This document shows, piece by piece, positions 27,059 through 36,643 of a stretch of 64,000 nucleotides of DNA. The notes beneath the pieces are model-generated. The model was not told the origin of the DNA. It was given only the letters and a program-made list of their open reading frames with translations, and searched no databases. Both the position numbers and the translations under genes were made by a program. Origin of the DNA: an uncultured Gemmatimonadales bacterium (GTDB lineage Bacteria > Gemmatimonadota > Gemmatimonadetes > Gemmatimonadales > Gemmatimonadaceae); contig CAWKNZ010000001.1 of the NCBI GenBank assembly GCA_963851265.1, positions 160,001 through 224,000 on the forward strand, written 5' to 3'. Positions within the stretch are counted from its first letter, which is position 1. Each line of letters begins with the position of its first letter.

Positions 27059-27982
27059 ATGCCCGCACCTCGCACGATCGCCCCACTCGCCGCCGCGCTC
27101 GGAATCGCGCTGGTCACCGCCTGCGCGTCCAGCCCGAGCATGGTCCACGATCACGCCGGAATGGCGGGGATGAGTCCCGCGCCGGCCGCCGCTCCGACGC
27201 CGGGCGTGGGCGCGGCCAACCTCCCCGCCGACGCGGCCGGTGCGGTCGCGCGGCTCAACGCCTCGCCACGGCATGGCGAGTACGTCACCATCCGGTCCGG
27301 CAACGATTCCGTGCGCGCGTGGGTGGTCTATCCCCAGCGCTCCACTCGCGCCCCGGTGGTCGTGGTCGTGCACGAAATCTTCGGCCTGTCGAGCTGGGTG
27401 CGTGCGGTGGCCGACCAGCTCGCGGCCGAAGGGTACATCGCGATCGCGCCCGACTTCCTCACCGGGTACCCGAACGAGGGGAACCCCGACAACGTCGGCA
27501 TGCAGGGCGCCGTGCGGCAGATCTCGCAGCTCGACGTGGGGCAGGTGCAGCGGCGGATCACGATGGCCGCCGAGTACGCCACGAGCCAGCCCTCGGCGCT
27601 GCTGCAGTACGGCGTGGTCGGATTTTGCTGGGGCGGATCGATCTCGTTCGCGCACGCGGTTTTCGCGGCGTCGCAGGGCACGCCGCAGCTCAAGGCGTCG
27701 GTGGTCTACTACGGGACCGCGCCGCGCTCGTCCGAGCTGGCCAGCGAGCGCGTGCCGATCCTCGGCCTGTTCGGCGGCAACGACGCGCGCGTGGTCTCGA
27801 CGCTCCCGCCGGCCGACTCGACCCTCCGCGCGCTCGGGCGCACGCACGAGTTCGACGTGTACGCGGGCGCGGGGCACGGCTTCCTGCGCCAGCAGAGCGA
27901 CTCGAGCGGCGCCAACCTCGCCGCGACCCGTCAGGCCTGGCCGCGTACGGTCGCCTGGTTCAAGCAGTACCTTGGCAGCTGA
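27059..27982 (+). CDS. Dienelactone hydrolase family lipoprotein
   Basis: HEIFGL, GFCWGG, AGHGF; lipobox VTAC. Confidence 0.9.
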   Translation: MPAPRTIAPLAAALGIALVTACASSPSMVHDHAGMAGMSPAPAAAPTPGVGAANLPADAAGAVARLNASPRHGEYVTIRSGNDSVRAWVVYPQRSTRAPVVVVVHEIFGLSSWVRAVADQLAAEGYIAIAPDFLTGYPNEGNPDNVGMQGAVRQISQLDVGQVQRRITMAAEYATSQPSALLQYGVVGFCWGGSISFAHAVFAASQGTPQLKASVVYYGTAPRSSELASERVPILGLFGGNDARVVSTLPPADSTLRALGRTHEFDVYAGAGHGFLRQQSDSSGANLAATRQAWPRTVAWFKQYLGS

Positions 27983-28049
27983 CGGCTGACGCGCCGCCGC
28001 CGGGAACCACCGGCGGACCGCGCGCGCTGTTCCGCTTTACATTGGCCGC

Positions 28050-28613
28050 ATGTCGCTGCTTTTCGTCGCCTGCTTCGTCGCCGGACTCGTGCTCGGCGTG
28101 TACGTCATGCTCAACGGCGTGGAACGCGCGCCGCAGCCGACGGGGCGCGCGCCGCACGAGGAGACCGGCGCGCACGACCCGCGTACGGAACCGCCGAAAG
28201 TCTTCAACGTTCAGACCGCGTCGGCGTTCGCGGTCGTCTTCGGCGGGGCGGGGTACCTCGCCATGCGGGCAGGGTGGACCAGCGCGGCCACCCTGGGCGT
28301 CGCGATCGTGGCCGGCGTCGCCAGCGCGGTGCTCTCGTTCGTCCTGCTCGCCAAGTGGGCACTGCCGAGTGCGCGGCGCGATGTCGTCGACGCGCGCTAC
28401 CTGATGCAGGGACATCCCGCCACGGTCACCCGTGCCATCCCGGCGGGCGGACTCGGCGAGATCGCCTACGAGATGGACGGGCGACGCTGGACGCTCGAGG
28501 CACGTGGGTGGGATGACTCGCCGGTCGGGCTCGGTGAGGAAGTGGCGATCGATCGGGTGGAAGGTGGGGTGGCGTACGTCGAGCAGTGGGCGCAGGTGGA
28601 AGCACGCCTCTGA
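28050..28613 (+). CDS. NfeD-like membrane protein (TM helices plus C-terminal OB fold)
   Basis: Three TM segments, then GHPATVTRAIPAGGLGEI...ARG...GEEVAIDRVEGGVAYV. Confidence 0.72.
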   Translation: MSLLFVACFVAGLVLGVYVMLNGVERAPQPTGRAPHEETGAHDPRTEPPKVFNVQTASAFAVVFGGAGYLAMRAGWTSAATLGVAIVAGVASAVLSFVLLAKWALPSARRDVVDARYLMQGHPATVTRAIPAGGLGEIAYEMDGRRWTLEARGWDDSPVGLGEEVAIDRVEGGVAYVEQWAQVEARL

Positions 28614-28635
28614 CGCGAGGCGGGGGGGTGGTGCG

Positions 28636-28929
28636 ATGTCGGACGCGGTCATCTTCGTGCTCGTCTTCGGGGGCCTCTTCGTCCTCCGAATCGTCGCGGC
28701 CACGGTGTTCTTCTTCTGTCTGCTGCCCGAAGGAGATCGTTGCCTGAACTGCGACGCGCCCACCCTTCGCGTACAGCGCGTGTTCTGGCACCGATGGGTA
28801 CCCTGGTTCCGGCCGAGCTGGTGCATGGAGTGCGGCTGGCACGGCCTGTTACGTTCCGGTCCGACCACCCCGCAGCCGACCGACGTCGCGCTGCCGCCGC
28901 CGAAGATCGTGACCAAGAAGCCGACGTAA
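28636..28929 (+). CDS. Small membrane protein with zinc-ribbon (CLNC...CMEC)
   Basis: N-terminal TM segment and two CxxC pairs. Confidence 0.65.
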   Translation: MSDAVIFVLVFGGLFVLRIVAATVFFFCLLPEGDRCLNCDAPTLRVQRVFWHRWVPWFRPSWCMECGWHGLLRSGPTTPQPTDVALPPPKIVTKKPT

Positions 28930-28948
28930 CGTCGGCGAACCGCCCTGA

Positions 28949-29812
28949 ATGGATCGACGCAAGTTCCTGCAGCACCTCGGTTGGCGCGGAACGGGCGTCG
29001 CAGCACTCGCGGGAACGGCAGCTCTCGGGATCTACGCGCACGACGTCGAGCCGTTCTGGGACGAACTCGTCGTGCGGCAGCTGCCGGTCGCGTCACTTCC
29101 GCCCGCACTCGACGGCGCCCGCCTCGCTCTACTTACCGACCTTCACGTCGGTCCGAGCGTCAGCGACGTCTACCTGGCCGGCGTCTTCGCTCGGGTTCGT
29201 CAGACCCGCCCCGACATCGTCGTCCTCGGCGGCGACGCGCTGACCCACCGCTCACGGGGCGGCGAAGCGCAGTACCTGCGCCTCCGCTCCGTGCTCGCCG
29301 GATTCCCCCGCGGCCGACTCGCCACGGTCGCCGTGCTCGGCAACCATGATTACGGCAGAGACTGGCGCGAGCCCGACGTGGCTGCCCGGGTCACGGCCGA
29401 GCTCGAGCGGGCCGGCGTCCGCGTCCTGCGCAACGACGCGGTGAACGTTGCCGGGCTCGATCTCGTCGGCGTCGAAGACCTGTGGTCCGGCGGCGCGGAC
29501 GCGTGGCGCGCCCTCAGCGCACGCCGCGGTGACGCCGCGATCGCGATCTGTCACAACCCGGATGGGGCCGACGAACTCGACTGGGGGGATTTCCGCGGCT
29601 GGATTCTCGCCGGGCACACGCACGGCGGCCAGTGCCGCCCGCCCTTTCTCCCGCCGCCCATCCTCCCGGTGCGCAACCACCGGTACAGCGCCGGCGAGGT
29701 GAGTGCGCCCGGCGGGCGCACGCTCTACATCAGTCGTGGCGTGGGGCACATCCTCAGAGTGCGGTTCAACGTGAGGCCGGAGGCGACTGTTTTCACGTTG
29801 CGGGCCGTGTGA
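28949..29812 (+). CDS. Metallophosphoesterase with Tat-like signal (YkuE-like)
   Basis: DRRKFL; DLH, GGD, GNHD, HNPD, GHTHGGQ. Confidence 0.9.
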   Translation: MDRRKFLQHLGWRGTGVAALAGTAALGIYAHDVEPFWDELVVRQLPVASLPPALDGARLALLTDLHVGPSVSDVYLAGVFARVRQTRPDIVVLGGDALTHRSRGGEAQYLRLRSVLAGFPRGRLATVAVLGNHDYGRDWREPDVAARVTAELERAGVRVLRNDAVNVAGLDLVGVEDLWSGGADAWRALSARRGDAAIAICHNPDGADELDWGDFRGWILAGHTHGGQCRPPFLPPPILPVRNHRYSAGEVSAPGGRTLYISRGVGHILRVRFNVRPEATVFTLRAV

Positions 29813-29968
29813 TGCGAGGGGGTGCGCGGGATCGGATCCGCGTGGGAGCCCGTGACCGGCCGCGGATGCAGGGACCGGCGAGTACATCCCCGGCCCCGGT
29901 GTTCGATCAGCACCTATCCGTGGCCGGTCACGGCCACGCGCGACGCCCTCGCCGTTCGCCCCGCCAGT

Positions 29969-30883
29969 TCACCGCCTCCGCTGTCGCTGGATCGGCACAT
30001 ACTCCCCGCGCTGCAACGCGATCGTGTACGCCCGCACCCGCGCGAGGTAATCCGCCGCCTCCACCCCCGCCGGCCCGAGCTCGGGCAACCGCCGCACCCA
30101 CTCGACCCCCAGGCGGTCGACCGCGTCGTGGGTCCAGACGTAGCCCTGGTTGTAACTCACGGCCACGAGGTCGAACAGCCGGTCCGACCCGATCGGCTGC
30201 CCGGCTGCGAGCTTCTGGCTGGCGAAGGTGCCGTACCCGCCGGGCCATGCATCGCTCGTCCACTTGGTCTGCAGCAGCCGGATCCAGTACTCGGCCGCCC
30301 GCGTGCTCAGCGCGGGATCGAACAGGTACTCGGTCCGGCTCGTGACGGCGCCGCGGGCGAGGCGGGCCCGCACGCTGTCGGCGCTGATGGGCGTCGCGGT
30401 CGAATCGACGTGGATTGCCGGATCGCGCGGCCACCCGTTGACCTCGGCCGCCATCCACGAGAACGACGGCGAGACGGTCATCGCACGCAGGTCGGCGTCG
30501 GCGCGCGGGGTGAGCTGTGCGATGCCGAGCGCGGGGACCGGGCTCACGGCGAGCGTATCGAGCGCGCTCTCCTTGATGAACAGGGCGGCGACGAAATTGG
30601 GGTCGATCTGGATGCGCGGGTTGACCGCGTCGCGTTCGAGCATGGGCACGACCCGCGTGTAGAACGCGTCGCGGTCGCTCGCCTGGATGAGGCGCGGCGA
30701 TCCGTTGGCATTCGTGAACGCGGTCGGCGACGGCCGACCGACGTGGGCCTCGCCGTACAACGTCACAGACAGCGGATCGGGGTGCGACGCGCACGCCGCG
30801 CCGAGCACGGTTGTGAGGGCGGCACCGACGGTGCGCAGGGGTAGGGCGAACGCGCCGGATGGGCGCGGGGCAGATCGAAGCAT
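29969..30883 (-). CDS. Lytic transglycosylase (SLT)-like lipoprotein
   Basis: Lipobox-like GAAC; ALFIKES, LGIAQL, SYNQG. Confidence 0.7.
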   Translation of the reverse strand: MLRSAPRPSGAFALPLRTVGAALTTVLGAACASHPDPLSVTLYGEAHVGRPSPTAFTNANGSPRLIQASDRDAFYTRVVPMLERDAVNPRIQIDPNFVAALFIKESALDTLAVSPVPALGIAQLTPRADADLRAMTVSPSFSWMAAEVNGWPRDPAIHVDSTATPISADSVRARLARGAVTSRTEYLFDPALSTRAAEYWIRLLQTKWTSDAWPGGYGTFASQKLAAGQPIGSDRLFDLVAVSYNQGYVWTHDAVDRLGVEWVRRLPELGPAGVEAADYLARVRAYTIALQRGEYVPIQRQRRR

Positions 30884-31039
30884 GAACCGGGTCAATGTGG
30901 TGCGGCGTGGAACGGGCGTCGGAGTCGTGCGGGCTCGCGCCGCTCGGCAGACCCGAGTCCCTCGGGGCGGCGCGTGCAGATCGCCCGTGGTGCGTCGCGC
31001 GCGGATTTCCATGCGGCGGTACAGCGCGGGCCTTCGCTG

Positions 31040-31360
31040 CTACGGCATCGCTCCCGCACCTTGTACACCCGATCCCCCGGCATCCCCCACGTACACGCGG
31101 AGCCACTCCGGCCAGTTGCTCGGCATTTCGAAGAAATCGTCGAAGTAGCGCAGGCCGAGCGCTTCGAGGTCGGCGAGAAGGGCACCGAGTGCGTCCTCGT
31201 CGTGAATCGGACCGAGCGCCACGAGTCCGCCCTCCACACGAAACTCGTCCGCCGTGAGCGTGAGTCGTTCGTCGAGCGCGGCTCGCACGAGCCCGGCGCG
31301 CTCGTAGGCGGCGCGCCGGATGACGAGCGTGACGTGGCCGGGGGTGATGCTGAGTGCCAT
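31040..31360 (-). CDS. Hypothetical protein
   Basis: Globular composition (LGLRYFDDFFEM...WPEWL); follows the M20 gene. Confidence 0.65.
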   Translation of the reverse strand: MALSITPGHVTLVIRRAAYERAGLVRAALDERLTLTADEFRVEGGLVALGPIHDEDALGALLADLEALGLRYFDDFFEMPSNWPEWLRVYVGDAGGSGVQGAGAMP

Positions 31361-31385
31361 GCGGGCGTGTGGATCGAAGGAGTGG

Positions 31386-32804
31386 TCAGGGCCGCGTGTC
31401 GCGCGCATCGCGCGGCGTAGTGCCGCGCGCCAGCCGGCTCATGAAGACGGCCGCGCGCGCCGCGCTCATCCGGAGCGACGGCAGGTAGATGAGTTCATGC
31501 GGGCTGTGCGCGCCCGCCCCGTCCACCCCCAGCCCGTCGATGCCGGGCATGAGCGGCGCCACGAACGACACGTCCCCCGCCCCGCGGCTCTCGGGCGGCG
31601 AGGTCGTCACGGCGGGGTAGCCCAGCGCGGAGCTCGCGCCGGAGTAGAGCGCGAGCAGGCGCGCGTTGGCCGGTGTCGCGGTCATCGCGGGGTACGCGTC
31701 CTCGAACGTGAAGCGCGCCTCGGTGCCGGCGAGCGAGTGCCCCGCGATCTGCCGCATGCGCGTGCGTGCCGAATCCTTCTGCCCCTCCGACAGAAACCGC
31801 AAGTCTCCTGTCGCCTCGAACGCGGGCGGCACGATGTTGCTCTTGCCGTCGGCCAGCAGCGTTCCCGCGGCCGAATCGGCGGCGACATGGGCCCCGCCGG
31901 CGAGGAGTCCCACGTTGAGCGTGAGTCCCGGCTCCCCGGACAGCGTGCGCCGCACGTCATCCAGGACCCGGGCACCTTCGTACACGGCCCCGTAGCCCAC
32001 GCCACTCGAGAAGATCCCCGACGAGTGTGCCTGGCGCCCGCTCACGTGTAGCTGCCACGAACTCGCCCCGCGCCGTCCGATCGCCGCGCGGGTCGCGGTC
32101 CCGCCCTCGAACGCGAGGGCGACGTCGCTCGACCGCGCGGCATCGAGCAGCGCCGCCCGCGCCTCGGCGAGAGGCCGCCCCGGTGCCTCCTCGTCGCCGG
32201 TCAGCACGACGGTCACCCGCATCCCGTCCAGCTCCCCGGCGTCGGCCAGGGCGTGCAGGGCGAGCAGGATGGCGACGTCTCCGCCCTTGATGTCGCTCGT
32301 CCCCGCCCCCCGCGCGACGGTGTCCTCTCGCACCCAGTGCTGCCCCTCGCCCTCGAACACGGTGTCGAGGTGTCCGATGAGCAGCAACCGTGGTCCGCGC
32401 GTGCCGTCGCGTTCGGCCACCAGATGGCCGCCGCGGTGCATCGTCGCGGGCACTTCTACCCACCGGGTCCGAAACCCGAGCGCCTGCAGCTCGCCCGCGA
32501 ACAGCGTACCCACCCGCCGCACGCCCTGCGTGTTGAGCGTCCCGCTCGGGATGTCGACGGCCCGCTGCAGGAGCGCCACGTGTGCGTCGTACCTCCGGTC
32601 GACCGCGTCGCGAATCGCCCGTTCCGCCGCACTCAACTCCGCTCCGCCGCACCAGCCCGCCACCACGCCCGCCGCGTGCCCCGCCGCTTCCTCCCGCACC
32701 GCGACGGGTGTGGCACGTGCCACACTCGCCGTTGTGGGCGCGGAACGGCATGCCGCGAACGCGAGGCACGCGAGAATGGTGGCCCGTGAAATCCCAGGCA
32801 ACAT
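31386..32804 (-). CDS. M20-family peptidase (carboxypeptidase G2-like) lipoprotein
   Basis: GHLDTVF, DIKGG, GDEE, GAGD, GAHSPHE; lipobox FAAC. Confidence 0.9.
   Translation of the reverse strand: MLPGISRATILACLAFAACRSAPTTASVARATPVAVREEAAGHAAGVVAGWCGGAELSAAERAIRDAVDRRYDAHVALLQRAVDIPSGTLNTQGVRRVGTLFAGELQALGFRTRWVEVPATMHRGGHLVAERDGTRGPRLLLIGHLDTVFEGEGQHWVREDTVARGAGTSDIKGGDVAILLALHALADAGELDGMRVTVVLTGDEEAPGRPLAEARAALLDAARSSDVALAFEGGTATRAAIGRRGASSWQLHVSGRQAHSSGIFSSGVGYGAVYEGARVLDDVRRTLSGEPGLTLNVGLLAGGAHVAADSAAGTLLADGKSNIVPPAFEATGDLRFLSEGQKDSARTRMRQIAGHSLAGTEARFTFEDAYPAMTATPANARLLALYSGASSALGYPAVTTSPPESRGAGDVSFVAPLMPGIDGLGVDGAGAHSPHELIYLPSLRMSAARAAVFMSRLARGTTPRDARDTRP
32708..32725. promoter_or_regulatory. 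parS-like palindrome, copy 1
   Basis: Perfect 18-bp palindrome GTGTGGCACGTGCCACAC. Confidence 0.75.
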
Positions 32805-32937
32805 CGGAACGCAGCGGTGGGCGCGCATGCGGCGCCTGCGCATGCGAGGAACGTGCACGAACCACCCGCACACGGCTCCGCACCGGCACGCCGCCGGCGA
32901 GCCGGACCTCACACGGCGACCGCCGGTACATTCTGGC

Positions 32938-34875
32938 ATGCGACGCACCGAAGCCCAGTACGACGTGCTCGTGATCGGCGGCGGTCACGCGGGCGTGGAA
33001 GCCGCAGTCGCCGCAAGCCGGTGCGGCGCCCGCACGGCCCTCGTCACGAGCGCGATCGAGACCATCGGCCAGATGTCCTGCAACCCGGCCATCGGCGGTG
33101 TGGCCAAGGGTACGGTCGTGCGCGAGGTCGACGCGCTCGGCGGCGTGATGGGGCGCGCGACCGATCGCGCAACCGTCCAGTTCCGCATGCTCAACCGCGG
33201 GAAGGGCGCCGCGGTGTGGTCGCCCCGCGCCCAGTGCGACCGCGGCCTCTACCGGCGCGCCGTGCGCCACGAACTCGAACGCCACGCCGGCCTCGACGTC
33301 GTCCAGGGCACCGTCGCACGGCTCCTGCTCGCTGACCACGCCACCGTGGTCGGTCTCGAGACGCTCGAAGGGCGCCGGTTGGGCGCCGCCGCCGTCGTCA
33401 TCACCACGGGCACCTTCCTCCGCGGTCGCCTCCACATCGGCACCACGGTCGCGATCTCCGGCGGACGTGCCGGCGACCCTGCCGCCGTCCACCTCGCCGA
33501 ACAGCTCGACATACTCGGCATCACGGTCGCCCGCTTCAAGACGGGCACGCCGCCGCGCATCGACGGACGCTCGGTCGACTACAGCCGACTCGCCCGGCAG
33601 GACAGCGAACTCCACGACGCCGACCCCACCCGCCCCGGCTATCGCTGGAGCCATTTCGACGATGCGGCGCCCACGCTGCCGCAGCTGCCGTGCTGGGGCA
33701 CGTACCTCGAAGAGCCCGGAAAGGCGCTCATCGCAGCCCACCTGCACGAGAGCGCGATGTACGGCGGCGCGATCGGCGCGCGAGGCCCGCGCTACTGCCC
33801 GTCGGTCGAGGACAAGATCGTCCGGTTTCCCGACGCCGCGCGCCACCAGCTCTTCCTCGAACCCGAAGGGCTCGACACGTCCGAGCTGTACGTGAACGGC
33901 CTCTCGACGTCGCTCCCCGCCGCCGTTCAGCTCGACATCCTGCACACGGTCGCGGGCCTGGAACACGCGCGCATGACGCGCGCGGGATACGCCATCGAGT
34001 ACGACTACTGCCCGCCGACCCAACTCGACGCCACCCTCCGCGTCCGCGCGGTCGAGGGACTGTGGCTCGCCGGACAGATTAACGGCACCACGGGCTACGA
34101 GGAAGCCGCGGGTCAGGGCGTCGTTGCCGGCCTCAACGCCGCCCTCTGGACCCAGCGTCGCCCCCCGGTCACGATCGGGCGCGAGTCGGCCTACCTCGGC
34201 GTGCTCGTCGACGATTTGGTCACCCGCGGGGTGGATGAGCCGTACCGGCTCTTCACCTCGCGATCCGAACTCCGTCTGACCATCCGCCAGGACAACGCCC
34301 TCCGTCGGCTCGCCCCCGTCGCCGCCTCCCTCGGCATGTACTCCGACGCCGAAGCGGTGATCGTCGAACGCCGCGCCCGCGACGAGGCCGACGCGATCGC
34401 CCTCGCCGAACGGACGAGCATCACCCCCGAGCGCGCCGCCCCGATCATCGCCGCCGCAGCGGCCGCCGGCGCCGCGGTCGGCGGGGTACCCCCGCACGCA
34501 GTCCGCGCCGACGAACTCGTCCGCCGCCCCGGCGTCGCGCTCGCTCCCCTCCTCGCCGCGTGCGACGTCGGCGCCGACCTCCACCCCGAGGCGGTCCACT
34601 CCGCCGAACTCGAGATCAAGTACAGCACGTACATGGCCCGCGAACGCGACCAGGCTGCCCGCATCGCGCGCCTGCGCGAGGTCCCGCTCGACGCCGCCCT
34701 CCCCTACGCGGAGTTTCGCTCGCTCTCGACCGAGGCCCGCCAGAAACTCGGTGCCCTCCGCCCGGCCACCCTCGCACAGGCCGGTCGCGTTCCCGGCGTT
34801 TCCGCCAGCGACCTGCAGAACCTCCTCGTCGAGGCAGCCCGGTGGCGACGCGACGCACTCGCCAGCGCCGAGTAG
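32938..34875 (+). CDS. mnmG: tRNA uridine-5-carboxymethylaminomethyl modification enzyme MnmG/GidA
   Basis: GGGHAGVEAA, MSCNPAIGG, GPRYCPSVEDK, AGQINGTTGYEEAA, EPYRLFTSR. Confidence 0.98.
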   Translation: MRRTEAQYDVLVIGGGHAGVEAAVAASRCGARTALVTSAIETIGQMSCNPAIGGVAKGTVVREVDALGGVMGRATDRATVQFRMLNRGKGAAVWSPRAQCDRGLYRRAVRHELERHAGLDVVQGTVARLLLADHATVVGLETLEGRRLGAAAVVITTGTFLRGRLHIGTTVAISGGRAGDPAAVHLAEQLDILGITVARFKTGTPPRIDGRSVDYSRLARQDSELHDADPTRPGYRWSHFDDAAPTLPQLPCWGTYLEEPGKALIAAHLHESAMYGGAIGARGPRYCPSVEDKIVRFPDAARHQLFLEPEGLDTSELYVNGLSTSLPAAVQLDILHTVAGLEHARMTRAGYAIEYDYCPPTQLDATLRVRAVEGLWLAGQINGTTGYEEAAGQGVVAGLNAALWTQRRPPVTIGRESAYLGVLVDDLVTRGVDEPYRLFTSRSELRLTIRQDNALRRLAPVAASLGMYSDAEAVIVERRARDEADAIALAERTSITPERAAPIIAAAAAAGAAVGGVPPHAVRADELVRRPGVALAPLLAACDVGADLHPEAVHSAELEIKYSTYMARERDQAARIARLREVPLDAALPYAEFRSLSTEARQKLGALRPATLAQAGRVPGVSASDLQNLLVEAARWRRDALASAE

Positions 34876-34911
34876 GCCGGTCCGCACCCCCACATTCTCA
34901 CCTGCCCGCCC

Positions 34912-35691
34912 ATGCCGTCCGCCCGCCCGCGCCGCACCCTGTCCCTCGCTCGCGCCCTCGCCGTCAGGACCATCGCCGTCGGGGCCATCGCCCTGTCACT
35001 CGGCGCGCCGTCCCGCGCCCGCGCGCAGACGCCGACCGGCGTGGAAACGTTCAACCCCGGCGCGGCCATCACCGTGACCGGCACAGGTGAGGACCAGATC
35101 GCCCCCGACCGCGCCCGCGTGTCACTCGGCGTGGTCACACAGGCGGCCACGGCGGCGGCGGCCGCGCAACAAAACGCGCGACTGCAACAGAGCGTCCTCG
35201 ATGCCGTCCGCGCCCAGGGCATTCCAGCCGAACAGATCTCGACCAGCGGTTACAACGTCAGCCCCACCACCGAGTACAACCAGCAGACGCAGCGCTCGCG
35301 CGTCACCGGCTACTCGGTGCAGAACACCGTGACCGTTGAGCTGCGCCGCATCGACCAGATCGGCCCCGTGCTCGACGCCGTGCTCGCGAAGGGAGCCAAC
35401 ACCGTCTCGTCGCTGGAACTCTACTCGTCGCAGGCCGAAGCCTCGCGACGCCGCGCACTCGCCAAGGCCGTGGAACGTGCCCGTGCCGACGCCGAAGCCA
35501 TTGCTGCAGCCGCCGGCGGGCGACTCGGCCTGCTGCTCGACCTGAGTTCCGCGCCCTCGTTCGGTCCTCCCCGCGCCTTCCCCATGGCCATGGCCCGCGT
35601 CGCCACGGCGCCAGCCACCCCCATCAGTGAGGGCCTCGAGACCAACTCCGCGAGCATCACCGCGCGCTGGCAGTTCGTGCCCCTCCGCTGA
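34912..35691 (+). CDS. SIMPL (DUF541) domain exported protein
   Basis: Signal peptide; ITVTGTG, APDRARVSLGV, AVERARADAEAIA. Confidence 0.88.
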   Translation: MPSARPRRTLSLARALAVRTIAVGAIALSLGAPSRARAQTPTGVETFNPGAAITVTGTGEDQIAPDRARVSLGVVTQAATAAAAAQQNARLQQSVLDAVRAQGIPAEQISTSGYNVSPTTEYNQQTQRSRVTGYSVQNTVTVELRRIDQIGPVLDAVLAKGANTVSSLELYSSQAEASRRRALAKAVERARADAEAIAAAAGGRLGLLLDLSSAPSFGPPRAFPMAMARVATAPATPISEGLETNSASITARWQFVPLR

Positions 35692-35713
35692 CCAACGTCG
35701 GCGCTGCGATCGT

Positions 35714-35731
35714 GTGTGGCACGTGCCACAC
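35714..35731. promoter_or_regulatory. parS-like palindrome, copy 2 (upstream of parA)
   Basis: Perfect 18-bp palindrome GTGTGGCACGTGCCACAC, identical to 32708-32725. Confidence 0.8.
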
Positions 35732-35824
35732 CCGCCCGCGCCCCGCATATCTTCCGCCTCCCGGTCCGCCCTCCCGGCTCCCCGCCCGCCGCTCGTCATC
35801 CTCCCGCGCTCTTCTGCTCCCGCC

Positions 35825-36643
35825 GTGACCCGCGTTCTCGCCATCGCCAATCAGAAAGGCGGCGTCGGTAAGACCACCTCCGCCGTGAACCTCGCGGCGA
35901 GTCTCGCGGTCGCGGAGCAGCGTACGCTTCTCGTCGACGCCGACCCGCAGGGCAACGCGACGAGCGGCATCGGCCTCGAGCGCGACGCGATCGGCGCGTC
36001 GTTGTACGACGTCCTTGCCGGCGAGCGTACCCTCGACGAGTCGGTGCACCGCGGCGTGCTCTTCCCGCACCTCGACGTGCTCGCTGCCACCCCGGACCTC
36101 GCCGGCGCGGAAGTCGAGTTGGTCGCTCGCGAGCGGCGCGTGCTCGCCATGCGTGACGCGCTCGAGCCGGCCCGCGGCCGCTACGACTACGTCCTCATCG
36201 ACTGCCCGCCCTCGCTCGGCCTCCTCACGGTCAACATGCTGGCGGCGGCCGACGCGGTGCTCATCCCGCTCCAGTGCGAGTACTACGCGCTCGAAGGGCT
36301 GTCCCAACTGCTCGATACGGTGCGGCGGGTTCAGCAGGGCACCAACCCCAACCTCGCCGTGGACGGCGTGCTGCTCACCATGTACGACGCCCGCCTCAAC
36401 CTCTCGCGCCAGGTCGCGGCCGACGCGCGCGAGTACTTCGGCCCGCAGATCTTCCGCACGGTCATTCCGCGCAACGTGCGGTTGGCGGAGGCGCCGAGCT
36501 TCGGAAAGCCGATCGTCCTGTATGACGTGACGTCGGTCGGCGCCCAGGCGTACATGGCCGTCGCGCAGGAGATCATCGAACGCGAGCAGGCGCGCGGCGC
36601 GCCGGCCGACGCTGCCGTAGCGGAAACGGCGGAGGCGGTCTGA
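35825..36643 (+). CDS. parA: Chromosome partition ATPase ParA/Soj
   Basis: ANQKGGVGKTT, DPQGNAT, IDCPPSLG, QCEYYALEG, IPRNVRLAEAPS. Confidence 0.97.
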   Translation: MTRVLAIANQKGGVGKTTSAVNLAASLAVAEQRTLLVDADPQGNATSGIGLERDAIGASLYDVLAGERTLDESVHRGVLFPHLDVLAATPDLAGAEVELVARERRVLAMRDALEPARGRYDYVLIDCPPSLGLLTVNMLAAADAVLIPLQCEYYALEGLSQLLDTVRRVQQGTNPNLAVDGVLLTMYDARLNLSRQVAADAREYFGPQIFRTVIPRNVRLAEAPSFGKPIVLYDVTSVGAQAYMAVAQEIIEREQARGAPADAAVAETAEAV

